Source: Trichoplax sp. H2
Lineage: Eukaryota
Direction: 5' to 3'
NCBI GenBank assembly: GCA_003344405.1
Contig: NOWV01000011.1
Coordinates: 496,001 to 560,000, forward strand
Length of the DNA: 64,000 nucleotides
Made by a program: the position numbers and the translations under genes. Within the stretch, counting starts at the first letter, position 1. The number at the start of each line of letters is the position of its first letter. The notes beneath the pieces were generated by a model. It was not told where the DNA came from and searched no databases. It was given only the letters and a program-made list of their open reading frames with translations. Shown here piece after piece: positions 1 through 13,730 of this stretch.

Positions 1-3000
1 ATACATATTGTCTGTATGCTGTACACTGTACAATGCGACAGCAATCTTCTAAGTCCTAATTACCATACAGTACCATGCAATGCATACAGTAGTCTCTTTT
101 CGATTACAATTGCTAACACTATATCGGTAATAAAAAGTCGCAAAAACGACCGTATTGACTTTTAACCCTGTATCTACAGTACACTGTACTGTAGTCTAAG
201 AAAGGGGAAAAAAAGAAAAACTTTTTTCTTGGCTACTATGGCGTACTGAAGTTGGCGTTTTTGCAGAGAGGAATTTTTATACTTGTCTTTTATGAGCACT
301 TTGCCAATCGTTAACAACGATGAACATTTCCCTTTTTTTCTCTCCCTCTTTGACTACAATAGCATAGAACGTGAAGTCACGGTAAAATACAACATTGCAT
401 CAGTACAACACATAGTATAGCGCTGTACAGGACTGCAATGTCTACTGAATAGTGTCACCAAAAAAACGAAACCATTGTAGCAGCTGTTCACTTTTTGACC
501 AAACATCACAAAAGGTCGGAGATGAAAATCTTTTCATTCGTAATTTCGACATCAGTGCTACACGCTGTTGGGTATAGACCTTAGTAAAGAATCAGTAATC
601 ATAATATTTCATTTCTTTTGGCTAATTGAAACGGCACAGCCAACCTCAGTACTGTATACTCTCTTGAAAGAGTGCAAATTGTGCATGGTGCTGGATGTTG
701 TTGACTAAAAATGAAAAATTCAATCCCTAGATTTACGCTATGTGGTATAAGTAAGATCTCAAAGCTAACTTTTTAATGATGCGACTTAGTAAGCGAAACA
801 TCGGTCAATACGATCCGTGTCATAAGACTGGTTACAGCGCTATGCTACGATATATAATCATAAATAAAAATGCTATTGCATACTTTTTACCATGCTTTTA
901 CTCCAGTTCTCTTCAACGACTCTGCATGACAAGTGTACGGTACTATGCTGTCGTGATACCATTTAAAGTCTATCGTGGAAATTATTGTAATTGCTATTTT
1001 CGATGCCGGCCGGCCAAATTCGAAACCAAGTGTGCAACATATAGACGAGTATGCACAGCGAATTTGAATACTATTGCACCCTGATTGCAATGGATTTATA
1101 CTGGTAATCAGGCCTCTAAAATAGACTGAATAATCTGTACAACTCGTTATTAATTCAGAAATAAATATCAAGAATACTATGTGCTCTACTGTCAAGCAGA
1201 ATACGCATACAACAGTATTACAACACTCAAAGCGCAATATCATTGCATGCGATATTAGCAAGCCAAAAATACAATAGTAGATAATTTATTAAAATTAAAA
1301 TTAATAAAATAAATGAAGGATAAAATGTTGAACACCAGGTCTTAATTAATAGCAACAACTTGAGCAAGAACATATAGTGCGCGTGGATAACGATAGAACG
1401 GCAAGATGAAGTAAAGCTAAATCATTGAATTCTATCTGGCCAAGAACAGCATTTACTGAATAATTATAATTACTTAATAATCACCAGTATTAAACACAAA
1501 ACAACATACGCCTGTAGAAAGTTAGAGATTACATTAATACAATTAACCAATTATTTATCTCTGGTTTTGATATTGCATCAAAATGAAGTACTATATGTAG
1601 CTGTTGTATTCAAAGAAAGAACATTAACGGTATATTGCTGCCGATAAACGTGATAATTGAAAAACAATCAGTTTGCTCTAAATTACTTTTGTTAAGAGGT
1701 GCCGATCTTAAACTGCTCAGTGACAGTAAAAGTGTGAAGTAGCTATAAAAATCCCATTAATTACATCTGTTAGGCTAGCTTGGCTGATAAAATAGTAACA
1801 TTATAACTTGTAACTTCTACGGAGTCACAGGAATCCACTTATAAAGCTGCTCTCAAGAGACTGAATCGACTGCACTTACTAGCTGTAAACTATCACGTTG
1901 TTGATCAGCCTACAGATATATAATTATAATTTGAAACTATTGAGTTCTTATTACATCATTTACATGTCCTTATTTCACCCCATATTTTATTTAGTTCAAT
2001 ACAACGCTCGTAATCTGAATGTATTTACACTAACCATTCTTACAATAAAATAATGGACTAAAGACATATTTTGACTGGCATTTGTAAAATACAAGGGATT
2101 ATTCCTAGAATATTTGTACTGGTATCTATCGTATACATGCATGCAGTACAATAGATTATAAAAAATTTTTTTAACACACATTAACAATCGCCTAAGTACG
2201 TACAAATTATGTAGAATAAGAGATTTACAGTACTTCAAAAGAAGTCCAACTGCATTCTTTTGTTAGGATAAATAATAACGGACTCTATAAAATCAACAGC
2301 AAATTGATAAAGTTTTGAAGTTGCTCATACATTGTATGAAACTAGAAGTATAATTATGGATATACACTGTATACTGTATGTGAAACACAATTTATTAAAC
2401 TTAGAACTTCCATCAACTGTAATTGAGCTATCTAAGCGAATGACTATTTTTTCTCCGTTATGCTTGTCATTAATTAAAGTACCAGTACACGATACAGTAT
2501 TTAGAAAAGATTGATCGAAAGAAGTACACTGGTGGACTATGAATTTTCTCAAAATCATTTACGATAAATCAAGCCTACTCCACAAAAATACTGAGTTCCT
2601 TAGACTAAATACGCTCTAATTTGCTATCAAAATATTATAAAGCTATAATCTTCATATCTTCGATCTCAAACTATATCCTTTACTAATTTTGTAATTTTAA
2701 TATACGTCCTGCTCAGCTATAGCTGCTATATAATTTTCGCAACTACGAGAGGAAATAATCTATTGATGTAATTGATGATTTACTTTATTACAATAATTAA
2801 CTATTAACAAAATATGATATACATTTATGAGTGACTGAGTGTGAACCTTTGATGCCTAATGTGAAAATGTGTCGGACGGACCTCAAAAACTTTCCTAGAT
2901 TTAGGTTACTGTTTAAGATAAAGTATTTAATACAGTGTATACAATATCTCTGTTTAACTTGAGAAATCCATACTCGAACATGGATTTGTAAGAGCACTAT

Positions 3001-6000
3001 GCGGAAAAAAGCTAAAATTTCAAGTGATCTCTATCATACGCTTAATAAAAGGACATGATTGCTATATTTTCAAATTTCTAGGCACAAAAAATTCTACAAT
3101 AACCACCTCATTTCGTCATATTTATTAATACAAAGCTGAATTTGTTAGTAGTATACACAAGTTTTACGAGAAGATCCAATGCTGACGGTAGTTAAACTTT
3201 AAAGGTTACGCGTATACCGTATCGAGTTGTAGAGCTTAAACACTGTTAGATATAAGCATATACCAAGACAGCATAGAGATAATACCACTAGTATAGCATC
3301 CTATTATTGATACTATCTGGTTCCAAGATTGTTGAAAAGCAATGTTGGTATATGTTTGATTAACCATACTTATAGATCGTAATATTGAGATTGAATTATG
3401 ACTAGATATTTTATATATATACCTATAACAAGAGATGATTGGAATATATCGTCCAAAGTATGATGATATTTTAATCTGCTACTTGATAGAAGTAAATATC
3501 TTGAATTACCGATTATTTATTTAAACTAATAGTATTTTCTTAAATTTATAGTATGTCATATATTCACACTCGATTCTAAATACAAATAATAATATTTAAT
3601 GAGTGAATAAATACTTCGTACATACATATCTGGTATCCCAATATCGAAATATTTTAAAATTATCAATTTTATGGTTATTACAATATGACAAAGGATGACC
3701 TAGAATAAAACAACAGCGTTGTATTGGATATGCAGTCCGCGATAGGTGTCAAATACAGATTAATTAAATTTTTTTATTAATGTAACATTTAACATTGTGT
3801 GACGTGTAAGTTTGACGAATATGCAAAACAACACGGCAACTAAAACTTATTAACCAGATCTTAATTAAAATGGTCAGATATTTCGATAGCTTATTGTAAC
3901 TATTTAGGTAGACATAGCAGCTTAATTGTTTATAGTCAATCCAACGGTAGTTTAACATGCAGCATTAAAATATTGTTAATGTGTTTACCCAAAAAGATAT
4001 TTTACAAGCATTGGCTTAATTAACGATGAGCAAGAACTGCGAGTCAAAATGTTATTAATTTAATTAAAGTAGTATGATATAAAACAAGAAGGATCCAATT
4101 CCTTTTCTATATGACTTTCCTTTACAACTACAGTATTTGCAATGTTCGTTCTAAAGCTGTCAGATTTCAAGGCTGGAGTTTATCCTTACTTTGACTCGAA
4201 ATTTTTCTTCAACTGATACTTATCCAAGCATCATTGTGGAGCGCTATTTAACTATAAAGAATATTAAATTTCTTTTTTGAGCTTATTGAGTAGCATTAGT
4301 GGGTTTGGTTTAATATTTATCCTAAGTTTCTTGAGCGAACAAGCAGTATTTCATTTACATCTGCACTACATGCCATTATATGTAATGGCCATTCATAATC
4401 TGTAATTTACAGTATCTTTTCGCGGCGCGAAATTTCGTATGCAGGCAGAATCAATAGAAAGGTAGATTTCATAATACATATATTAAAGTATAATTGTGCT
4501 AGGGCACTGTTACTGCAACTCTTTATGAATTACTCATACTCACAATTATACAATCTACAGTCAGCAATGCACACAATGTAAGGGCTCTACTACAACATAT
4601 TCGAAGCGCAGTATTGTATTAACTACTTTGATCATTCACTATTGCTTATTGTTTTCGTATAAGATAGGAATGATTATGCATATAGTGGAATAAACAAAGA
4701 GCCAATTAGGCCAGCGGCGCTACATATTTTAAAAGTTAAAATTCATTAGGAATTGTTGCTTTGTGTTAAGCTATTGTATGTCTGGCGTCTGGGCTCTAAT
4801 TCATTGATATTATAATTTACTACCCCTCAGAAAATACTTTAAATGCTCCTCCTTACCTATTATTGTACTGTCTCCGAAAAATCAATACAAATTTTCTTTA
4901 GGCGCCTCAGAAATCAGTTTATTTGAATTTCTTATTTAGCACCGATTGGCATGATTTTTAATTACTCTATTAAATGATACTGTAGGAATTAAGAATTAGA
5001 CAATACACAGTATGATAATACATCTTTAAATTTTATTAGTGAGATACTTTGTGTATATACATATGTTATATACTGTACAACTGATATGCAACAAAATATT
5101 AACATAGCGCAATCTGAGACTGCCTAATGATGCGCTTACCAGTATTAATTCGAAATTAACATCTCTTCAATTTAACTCGCCCACACATTGGGCGATGTGG
5201 TGTAAACTTTAGGTCTAATTAAATTGATTAAACATTTAATTACCTTATCACTACACAAACTGAGTAAGTACAATAATATCCTGCATTCTTTAAATGATGT
5301 TGTGATATCATTATGTGCATCAATTAATGCACAGTAGCTGCTAGTTAGGCGTGTAGTAAAATAAAAAATAAACAGGCAAATGAGAGTATTTTCTAAACTT
5401 TACGGTTACTTTTAACGCAATAATGACTTTAAATCCCTAATGGCTAGAATATTGCAATGATCGTGGATAATAATCAAATTTTAAAAACTTTTGCACTCAA
5501 AATATTCTAAGAATTTTTATTGTGACTCATATAAGCATTAAATGGAGGTAATTAGTCTCATGAATGGATGATTGATTGCCATCTTTTTTAAATCACTTCT
5601 CTGAAAGACATAGTAGATATGACCATGACGCGTACACATTTCCTTTGACGTTATACGCATCCTTAAAGTTAAAATTTATACTACAGTGAGCAGTCTTAGG
5701 TCTGTTTAGCGTACAAGCGTGTGCCTGAGGTTATAGTTGCCTTAGTGTAAAGCATATGCCTTACCGAGTTTTTTGAATCAATAACCAAATCTACGAGTGT
5801 ATTAGTCTTTAACTGTAATACGAGAATCATATGCATGTTGGCCAAAATCATTTTTTGTTTAGCCACATTACGTAACGGTTAAATTTTGTCTGTACGTTCA
5901 TGAATGCGAACGTAGGAATAGTACCCATAATTAGATAGTATAGTAATAAAAGAATGAATGATGACAAATACGCATTAAGACCCTCACACTGCTACCTCTA

Positions 6001-7949
6001 CTTTTCTGCGTATATAGTCCATTCTTCGCCCTTACGTACATATCACTATCCAGACTGCTACTTCATAAATGATCCTACATTATTACGTACATTGAATTGA
6101 ACAACTGCTAATGCTGCAATTTCATCCACATTCCTATGTCATGATGTAAGAGTTACTTAAATGACATAGAGCCAGACAAAACAAGACTTATTTCTTATTT
6201 TCAAGCTAAGATATTGAGAATCTAATCATGACGATGTGGATTGTGTATTTAATTTACTTCCTTATATGATTGCGAGTAAATTATTTTGATTAGTACTACT
6301 TCCAGAAATCTATAAACTACCATGAGAATACCCCTTTAGCTGTATGGAATGCAAAAGAATCTATGCATAGCTACGCCATTATGATGCACTAATAGAATAA
6401 TCTATGTATAGTAGTATATCGCCTCGGTAGTGTGTTATTGCAATATTATATAATAATTTACATCTTCATAAATACTCGCACTAACGCACAGTTAGATGTG
6501 ATTGATCTGTATTATTCTTGATTATATTTTACAGTATATTAAGAGTTACTTCTATGCATATCAAAGCTACTAATCATATGTTCTATGCAGTTCTTATTTT
6601 GCTATAATTAGTGTATATGCGCTTTTATTGAGCTTTTCATTTATATAGCCAAATTTTATTACGTACATGGAAGCAACGCTGAGTAGAGGTGTACAATCTT
6701 AGCTACGCAGCTTGAAAATATACCGCAAAACAAACTAAAAAAAGTAGTAAGGTAACACTAGATGCTCTGTAGAGCTTGCATTGATATCTATCGATTTGAC
6801 CATTACGTGTAAGGTGTTAGATATTTGCGATAGCATTGTATAGAGCTTGGATATATTCTGTAGTACGTAAAGTACAGTTCGTAAGTGCATGGGATAAAAT
6901 TTTTTCGAAATCTTTATGAATTAATTACAAGTGTTACGGTTGGCGAATGACTACGATATCGAACTATGATGAGAGATTCTAGTGAGGGCATAATCTGTAA
7001 TATTACATTCCTGTTGCACTAAAATTTCGCTACAGTTAAATTATTAAAGGTAAAATAAAACAAAAACTTGATTTGATTAGTCATAGAGTACTAAGTAATG
7101 TGTTTTCAAATCTCGGAAAGTACAGATAAGAGGACGTACAAAATTATTGTTTTGATAGGATACCCATTTGGGCTATTTGCTTTTAATACAACTTTACAAT
7201 AATACGTATATCCCAATAGATTATCTTGACTATTAGTAAGTTTCAGTAAGTTAAATTGTAGCCGACATTTAACATACGATATCGATTTCCAAAATTCGAA
7301 CGACGAAAGTTGCATATATTTGTACAGTATAAAAGACATCGTGAAATCAGCTTCTAAGGAGTAATCTGTTTCCTATCATATGATATAAATATTTTATCGT
7401 CATCTGCATCGAATTTACTTACGCTACAGTGACTACAAATCGTCATATAAATAGTGGGTATGCTATTTTGAAAGCTTAGGTATATAATTTCATAGATTCG
7501 TATTAACAGATTCGAAGGATATGCATACCCATATAACTGTAAAAAAGTTAAGCGTTTTACCTAGACGAAATAAGATAGGACTGTAATATGCAATAGCGAA
7601 TTACGGCAAAGTTGTCGCAGTAATTAGGCAATAAAGACATAATATCCAAGCAAGATGCACTGATGAAGGTTACATCTCTAATGCAATTATAATAAATTAA
7701 CAGTCGCATCACTTCGTGCACGTATATCATTATATTCATAATATTTCAAATTTAAAAGTACTACGAAACTGATAGTTTTTTGTTAATTAAAAACTTCAGA
7801 CAACAGTTTTTATTTACTCTAAAATATAGACGTTATTATATTTACAGTAATTCTTAGAAGTATTTGTATAATATTTTATAGAAACTGTCTCATAGAATAT
7901 TGTAGATTACATCGAAGGCGAGTATTCCGTTCGAATACTTATAATTATG

Positions 7950-10688
7950 CTACATATGACCAACAAAGTTGTGGTATATGTTTTGCAATTCTTCCATACT
8001 AAACTGCTGTAGAACAACAAAAGTACTGACATGTTTACTTGTGCCATTTTGAGCACATTTTTTGCAATAAACTAAACAAGGTTTGTCTACGGTAACGAAT
8101 AGAATATTAAAGACTTCACATTTACATTGGCAACAACACGGAGCAGGCTCATTTTCGCGATATTCGTGCCATTTAACTTTAGTATTGGAGGCCTCTAATT
8201 CAGCTAATGTCTCTTTACAATCTTGCATCGATCGAAGTAGAATAGATTCGATATGCCCTTGTAAGACTTCCTCTTTGATCTTTATATTCTTTGCCAAATT
8301 CCAACTCAGTAATATCATCGGAACAATAGAGTGAAATCTTTCTATTTTATTACAATTGTATCGTTCCATTGCCCATTTGTATTGATTAGCTGTTATCGGG
8401 CCGACGTTCCAGGCGATGTTATTACACCATCCTAAAGATTGCACCCAATGAACGGTACCGACATTAACAAAGACGATATCACCTGGTTTTTGAATAAATC
8501 TGTATAATGGAACATTTAGATCAAATATTTCTTCAGGAACTGGCCACCACGATCCAGTGAGAAAGTCTACTTTGTTTTTTTTACATAACTTTTCGATAGA
8601 TCTCCAATTGTGAACGGGTACTCCAAACCATTCACAATCACCAGGTCCGACATTAATGTTGACAGAGCATAAATTATTGTTTTCTTGATGGCCAGGAGTA
8701 CGGCATCCTGGTACTTTCATGTATAACTGGACTGAGTTCATACCTAGAATTTCGTAACCGAGGTAGGTTAACATATTTTGACGTGATGCCACTTTAAGAA
8801 ACTGGGGTAATTTGTCCATTTCTTTTAGTTGCATCTTCCATTTTTGTTGGTTTGATAGGTCAACATTTGTGCCAAATTTTACCATTTTATGTTGATTTAA
8901 TTTTCTCCTCTTAGCTCCTCTGTTACTGCTTTGGCCAGAGTTGCTGCTACTATCGGAGTATGGTGATTCAGCTGATGATTCGTCATTTTGTAGCAATTCT
9001 CGTATCGAAGCAGCTTGATAGCGCGCATATTTAGCAATTGTAGTATAAGCCCGATTACTTTCACAAAGCCAAGTTCTTTTTCGATAACGTGAATCCCAAT
9101 TTTCGTCTGACGTTTGTTGGCGTTGACTTCGTACCTCAATTTGATCATCGGCGCTATTATTTGCTAATGATCTCGATGAGAACAGATCAAGGTTCATGTC
9201 GACCGCTTTGGCCATGCCTCGAATAATAGTAATAGGATTCTCTGGTGAAAGACACCATTCCTCTAAATTATTCGAATAAGCTTCTTCGACGTTATCAATC
9301 TCAATTATAGGCGCGGCTAGTTGCAGTTTAGAGTAATTTGTACGCAATAGATTATTGTAATTATTTTCTACATCGCTATCTATTGTTCTACTGGAAGAAT
9401 TTAAAGTTTTTACAAATGTATTATCCTCCACATTAGCATCGATAGAATTTGAACATATTGTATCTGATTTTACAAGATTGAAGCGCTTATCTAGAAATTC
9501 TGGAAGAGATTGAGGCTTTACGCTACTTTCATTGAAAAAATAATCGAATTCAGGTAGTGAGTTTATACCTTGTATACTATTATCGATCTTTTCTAGTACA
9601 TTAACGTAATCTATGGCCATATCTTTGACATCAGCATTGACTGTAGCCTTTTGATAGCATTTTATAGCATCCTCTACTTGCATAACCGACGAATAAAGGC
9701 ATCCTAGATTAAGCCAAGTTTCTGCATGATTCCAGTTAATCTCAAGTGCACGTATATAACATTTGATTGCTTCATCATTTCTCTCCAGTTGGTGTTGTAA
9801 AACACCTAAACAACACCAGATTGTAGGATCAGTGGCATTGATCTCTAATGACTTCTCATAGTATTTTAACGCTTTATCATTTTCATTGTTAGCAGCATGA
9901 CATCGACCAAGCGGATAGTAAGCACGAGAGTTGTTTGGATCGTAGCTTATAGATTGTTGAAATGCGTCTATAGCTTTATACACATCTTTTTGCTGTCCAT
10001 CATAGTAAAGCAAACCTAAGCTATAGCTCGCTGCTGCTTTAATGGAAAGTTCGCAGTCATCGTCATCTAATAAAGATTGGAAAGTTTTTTCACAAGTTGT
10101 TGAGTTGTGCATTGCTTGATGACACAGTCCAATATGTAACCGAATGTCTCTATTTATACAAGCAGGTTCAGTATTAGCTAAAGCTTTATTGAGATGCTTC
10201 AATGCTGCATTATAATCTTCTTTAGATTGAAGTATTATTCCTAACATATAATGAAGATATCCAGCACGAAGAAAGCTGTCTCCATGGCATTTATAGACTT
10301 TGAGTAAATATCGTAGCGCTTTATCTAAAAAGCCCAGAGCAAAGGCACAAATACCCATGCCGAATATGATATCGATTTGCTCTAAAAAGACTTTATCGCT
10401 ATCTATCAGTCGACGATATAAACGGATTGCTTTGGTATAGTTACCAACTAACAGGTATAAATTGGCAAGCTGGTGAATTATTTTAACATCTTGCTGTTTC
10501 TGCAGATCTTGCTCGCAATACTTAATTGCATGGTTAATACGCTCGAGCAGTTGATTGCTACAATTGAGATTCGATTTTTGTACTGAAGGTTTACATAGAT
10601 CAATTGTTTCAGTAGTTTTGTAATCCAAACTGGAATATTTTAATAACTCGTCGTAAAAGCTTTTATCTCTTGCCTCGGCTTCATTCAT
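7950..10688 (-). CDS. KDM6A: Lysine-specific demethylase 6 (UTX/KDM6A-like): N-terminal TPR repeats, JmjC domain, C-terminal Zn-binding domain; single coding exon, 912 aa from first ATG
   Basis: Uninterrupted ORF. The track opens it at TTG 10706; the first ATG is 10688. TPR-like repeats (AIDAFQQSISYDPNNSRAYYPLG, AIKCYIRALEINWNHAETWLNLG), KDM6 JmjC signatures (KFGTNVDLS, GMNSVQLYMKVPGCRTPGHQENNNLCSVNINVGPGDCEWF, GTVHWVQSLGWCNNIAWNVGP) and Cys ligands (CCQCKCEVFNILFV...CKKC). Confidence 0.93.
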   Translation of the reverse strand: MNEAEARDKSFYDELLKYSSLDYKTTETIDLCKPSVQKSNLNCSNQLLERINHAIKYCEQDLQKQQDVKIIHQLANLYLLVGNYTKAIRLYRRLIDSDKVFLEQIDIIFGMGICAFALGFLDKALRYLLKVYKCHGDSFLRAGYLHYMLGIILQSKEDYNAALKHLNKALANTEPACINRDIRLHIGLCHQAMHNSTTCEKTFQSLLDDDDCELSIKAAASYSLGLLYYDGQQKDVYKAIDAFQQSISYDPNNSRAYYPLGRCHAANNENDKALKYYEKSLEINATDPTIWCCLGVLQHQLERNDEAIKCYIRALEINWNHAETWLNLGCLYSSVMQVEDAIKCYQKATVNADVKDMAIDYVNVLEKIDNSIQGINSLPEFDYFFNESSVKPQSLPEFLDKRFNLVKSDTICSNSIDANVEDNTFVKTLNSSSRTIDSDVENNYNNLLRTNYSKLQLAAPIIEIDNVEEAYSNNLEEWCLSPENPITIIRGMAKAVDMNLDLFSSRSLANNSADDQIEVRSQRQQTSDENWDSRYRKRTWLCESNRAYTTIAKYARYQAASIRELLQNDESSAESPYSDSSSNSGQSSNRGAKRRKLNQHKMVKFGTNVDLSNQQKWKMQLKEMDKLPQFLKVASRQNMLTYLGYEILGMNSVQLYMKVPGCRTPGHQENNNLCSVNINVGPGDCEWFGVPVHNWRSIEKLCKKNKVDFLTGSWWPVPEEIFDLNVPLYRFIQKPGDIVFVNVGTVHWVQSLGWCNNIAWNVGPITANQYKWAMERYNCNKIERFHSIVPMILLSWNLAKNIKIKEEVLQGHIESILLRSMQDCKETLAELEASNTKVKWHEYRENEPAPCCCQCKCEVFNILFVTVDKPCLVYCKKCAQNGTSKHVSTFVVLQQFSMEELQNIYHNFVGHM

Positions 10689-11849
10689 TGCTTGGCGATA
10701 GGTCAAGAATTTACTGCTTCAAAGGTTGTAAGTATAATTATAAGCTGTACCGATAAAATTAGTTCTTCTGTCATAGGACAATGTAGTTTACCGTGAAAAA
10801 TATAATATGAGTAAAGGTTGTAGTTAGAATAATAAGGTTGCGGACGGCCGTTGGCTAATTTCTTTTGAATTGAGCTTTTCTAGAGGCTTGCTTGCTTGGT
10901 CTATCTTTGTAAATAAATGATATAATATAGACGATCTACAATGACCGGTTTGAAGTAGAGAAGGGTAGAAGCAAGATTAAAATCATTGCATTGAAAACGA
11001 TATTGAGATTATGGCAGTATCACATTGATCAGCAGAAAAGCGATATTGAATACAATGTGTAAAAATAAGTTTAAAATAGCAAATTGGCATGTACGCATTG
11101 ACTAAAGTATCGATGTCGATATTATATATTGTACAGTGTTGTGCAAAACCCTATTATTATCGACGAGGTGAAGACGTGTGCGTTAACTTGAGATAAATAC
11201 GTGTAACTCTTACTTGCATCTTCAATTAAACTATGTCCTTCTTGACTAGGACTACTCCCTGTTATTGACTGTAAGATAAAATCAATCCCATTTGCTACAG
11301 GTTATTAATCTTGATACCCTCTAGTAGATGCTGTAAGTTGTATAACTACTGTAAACTAACTCCATTCTACGCGTATTATGTTTTTTTAGTCATTATTGAT
11401 TTTGTTATTCCTTTTTATTGTAGTAGAGTACAGTACTGTCTCCTACAGTATGCAGAGTAGATACTGTAAGTCCATTGTAGTGGTTAGTAGTGGCGTCGAG
11501 TTGACATTGCCAATAAGAACTGTACTGTACAGCACAATACTTTGTACCTAGATGCTTGTTAAGCAGACATTAAGGCGAGGGATAAAGCAATCGTTATTAT
11601 TATGCTAAGTACAGCAGTCTGGAGATAGACCGCCCATCATTACTGCCGATGTAAGGCAACTATGTCACACATTACTATGCAGCATTTGAATTCCGCAAGA
11701 CATTTTGTGGCAGTCTATGCCGTGTAGTATACAGCAATTGACAATTCTATCGAAAAAGTTCAGGCTGTTGTACGATAAGAACTGCCAGACTTGCTACCTC
11801 GATTTTGATGTTGTTTTTAAGTAGTTCATTCGTTATTCTAACAGTGCTC

Positions 11850-12525
11850 TACATGCTGTACAGTACTGTACAGTATGTTTATATACTGTCCAGTATACTC
11901 GTACAGAATACAGTACTGGACACTTGCAGAGCAACGGTACAATGTGCACATTGTACCGTACTGTATTGTACTGTACAGTCTGTACTGTACTTTCCGCAGA
12001 TCAGGTCTACAGTACAGTACTGTACAGTAGTCCTTTTCTGTACAGTACAGTACAGTACTGTACAGTACAGAAGACGTACAGTACAGTACTGTATTGTACT
12101 GACTACAGTGCATAGTACAGTACTGTACTGTATCGTACGTACTGTACACTGTGGACCGTAGTTTGTAATTATCATACTTTTTACTGCAGAGGTAATGTAA
12201 AGCAAAGTAAGAAAAAAAAAGCTAGTAATCACTGATTCACTGCTCATTTGATCATTGATAATAAGAATGAGAATTAAATGGCATAGATGTAATTATAAGT
12301 GACCGTACCAGTTCCAGTGGTGGGAATCGATACACGGTGTTCTAGTACCGACGTACACTACAGTATACAGTACAGGTATCCAACATTTCTAGAAGTGGCT
12401 AGAGTGCTGTACAGTACTGCACTCTAGCCGATTCGAATAGTTTCGTTGACATAGTACTGTACTTCGTACTGTACATTGTACACTGTAGTACAGTACTGTA
12501 CACTGTATAGTGTATAGTACTAAAC
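11850..12525. repeat. (CAGTA)n/(TACTG)n pentamer-rich array upstream of KDM6
   Basis: For example TACAGTACAGTACAGTACTGTACAGTACAG near 12041-12070. It produces the spurious YCTV/QYST-rich ORFs on both strands. Confidence 0.9.
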
Positions 12526-13524
12526 CGGTGAGTGGAACAATCCTCGATTTACGTACACTAAGAATGGTTGTTGTTTAGCGAGAGTAAAACATTCGCATGC
12601 TATTTACTAGTAAATATTAACTGACACCGTCGTCGTGGTAAGAATATTACCTCGATACGGCTTGAATACATCAAAAACTGTTATACATTGAAGAAAAAAG
12701 GTTATGGTACTGAGCAAATGAGCATTAGGAAAACCAATCAGCGCGTACACCTATACTACTGTAGTGGATTGAAGCACTCACTGTATGAGAATGATACAAA
12801 ACAAGAATATTACTCTACTCCAAAGAAATAGCAACAAATTGGACTGCATAGATATGACGTTGATAGCATTTATCCTAATGATGGTGTACATACACTTGTT
12901 AGGATCGGTACAAGCTTCACATCCAGTGTTGGTCATACACGGCCAGTAGTCAGGACGAGTGATTACGTGAGTTCACTGAGAAATCAATGCGTAATAATGG
13001 TATAAACTGTAGCGCTCTGCCGTAGAGACAGTAGGATAAATCCAATAGATAGCGTACTAAAAACATTTACAAATACACGTATATTCAGTTGTTAGTCGAC
13101 TGCCATGGTATGGATTAATTACTAGCTATGGCGTTAATACCTGATCGATCGAACGATCCTAATAATTGACGACATGTACCTAAGTTAACTTAAAGTAATG
13201 TACGTGTTTTTGGTACTTTCATGACAATGAATGATTGTTCAGAGAGCCTGAGATGGACTATTGTCAGTTTACAATAAACAAATTGGATCAAGACTGAAAA
13301 GTAATATTCACTTATCGTAAGGCTATAGCATCTTACCTCAGTTCTGGGCGCTATTTTCAATTTATCTTGTTAAAATTCTGAATTTCAATCTTAGTCAAGA
13401 ACAATTTTTAGTCTGGTCCCTCGTTACAGCTGATGTCCATCATAACATCTTTTAAAGTATGTAGGTGTCAAAAAGTGCAGCAGCGAATCATTAGCGACCC
13501 TAGTTTTAAAAGGCACACACACAG

Positions 13525-13730
13525 AAATGTACTGTACAGTGTACAGTACATTTACTGTACAGTACACAAAAGTAAACAGTACAGTACTGTACTGTACTGT
13601 ACAGTATGCATACAGTACTGTTCAAAGGGTATGTAACACCTTAACACGCTTACCTTGTACTGTACAGTACAGTATCATGCTGTGTTGCATTATGTCTACA
13701 GTATGCGTATTTGCGTCCAGTACGTACTGT
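13525..13730. repeat. (CAGTA)n/(TACTG)n array
   Basis: ACAGTACAGTACTGTACTGTACTGTACAGTA at about 13576-13606, with flanking copies. Confidence 0.9.

Noticed and set aside
776-1261. ORFs 776-1084 (+) and 887-1261 (-)
   Set aside because: No recognisable homology and no consistent adjoining exons.
8083-9148. Short ORFs nested in KDM6
   Set aside because: Antisense or alternative-frame shadows of the real CDS.
11805-12247. Overlapping YCTV/QYST-rich ORFs on both strands (also at 13433-13766, 14620-14880, 22222-22795, 31132-31695)
   Set aside because: They are translations of the CAGTA/TACTG repeat, which has few stop codons; no protein-like features.
12310-12340. tRNA T-arm/B-box-like sequence on the minus strand (CGTGTATCGATTCCCACCACTGG)
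   Set aside because: Lacks canonical GTTCG, and I could not form a D-arm, anticodon arm or acceptor stem.
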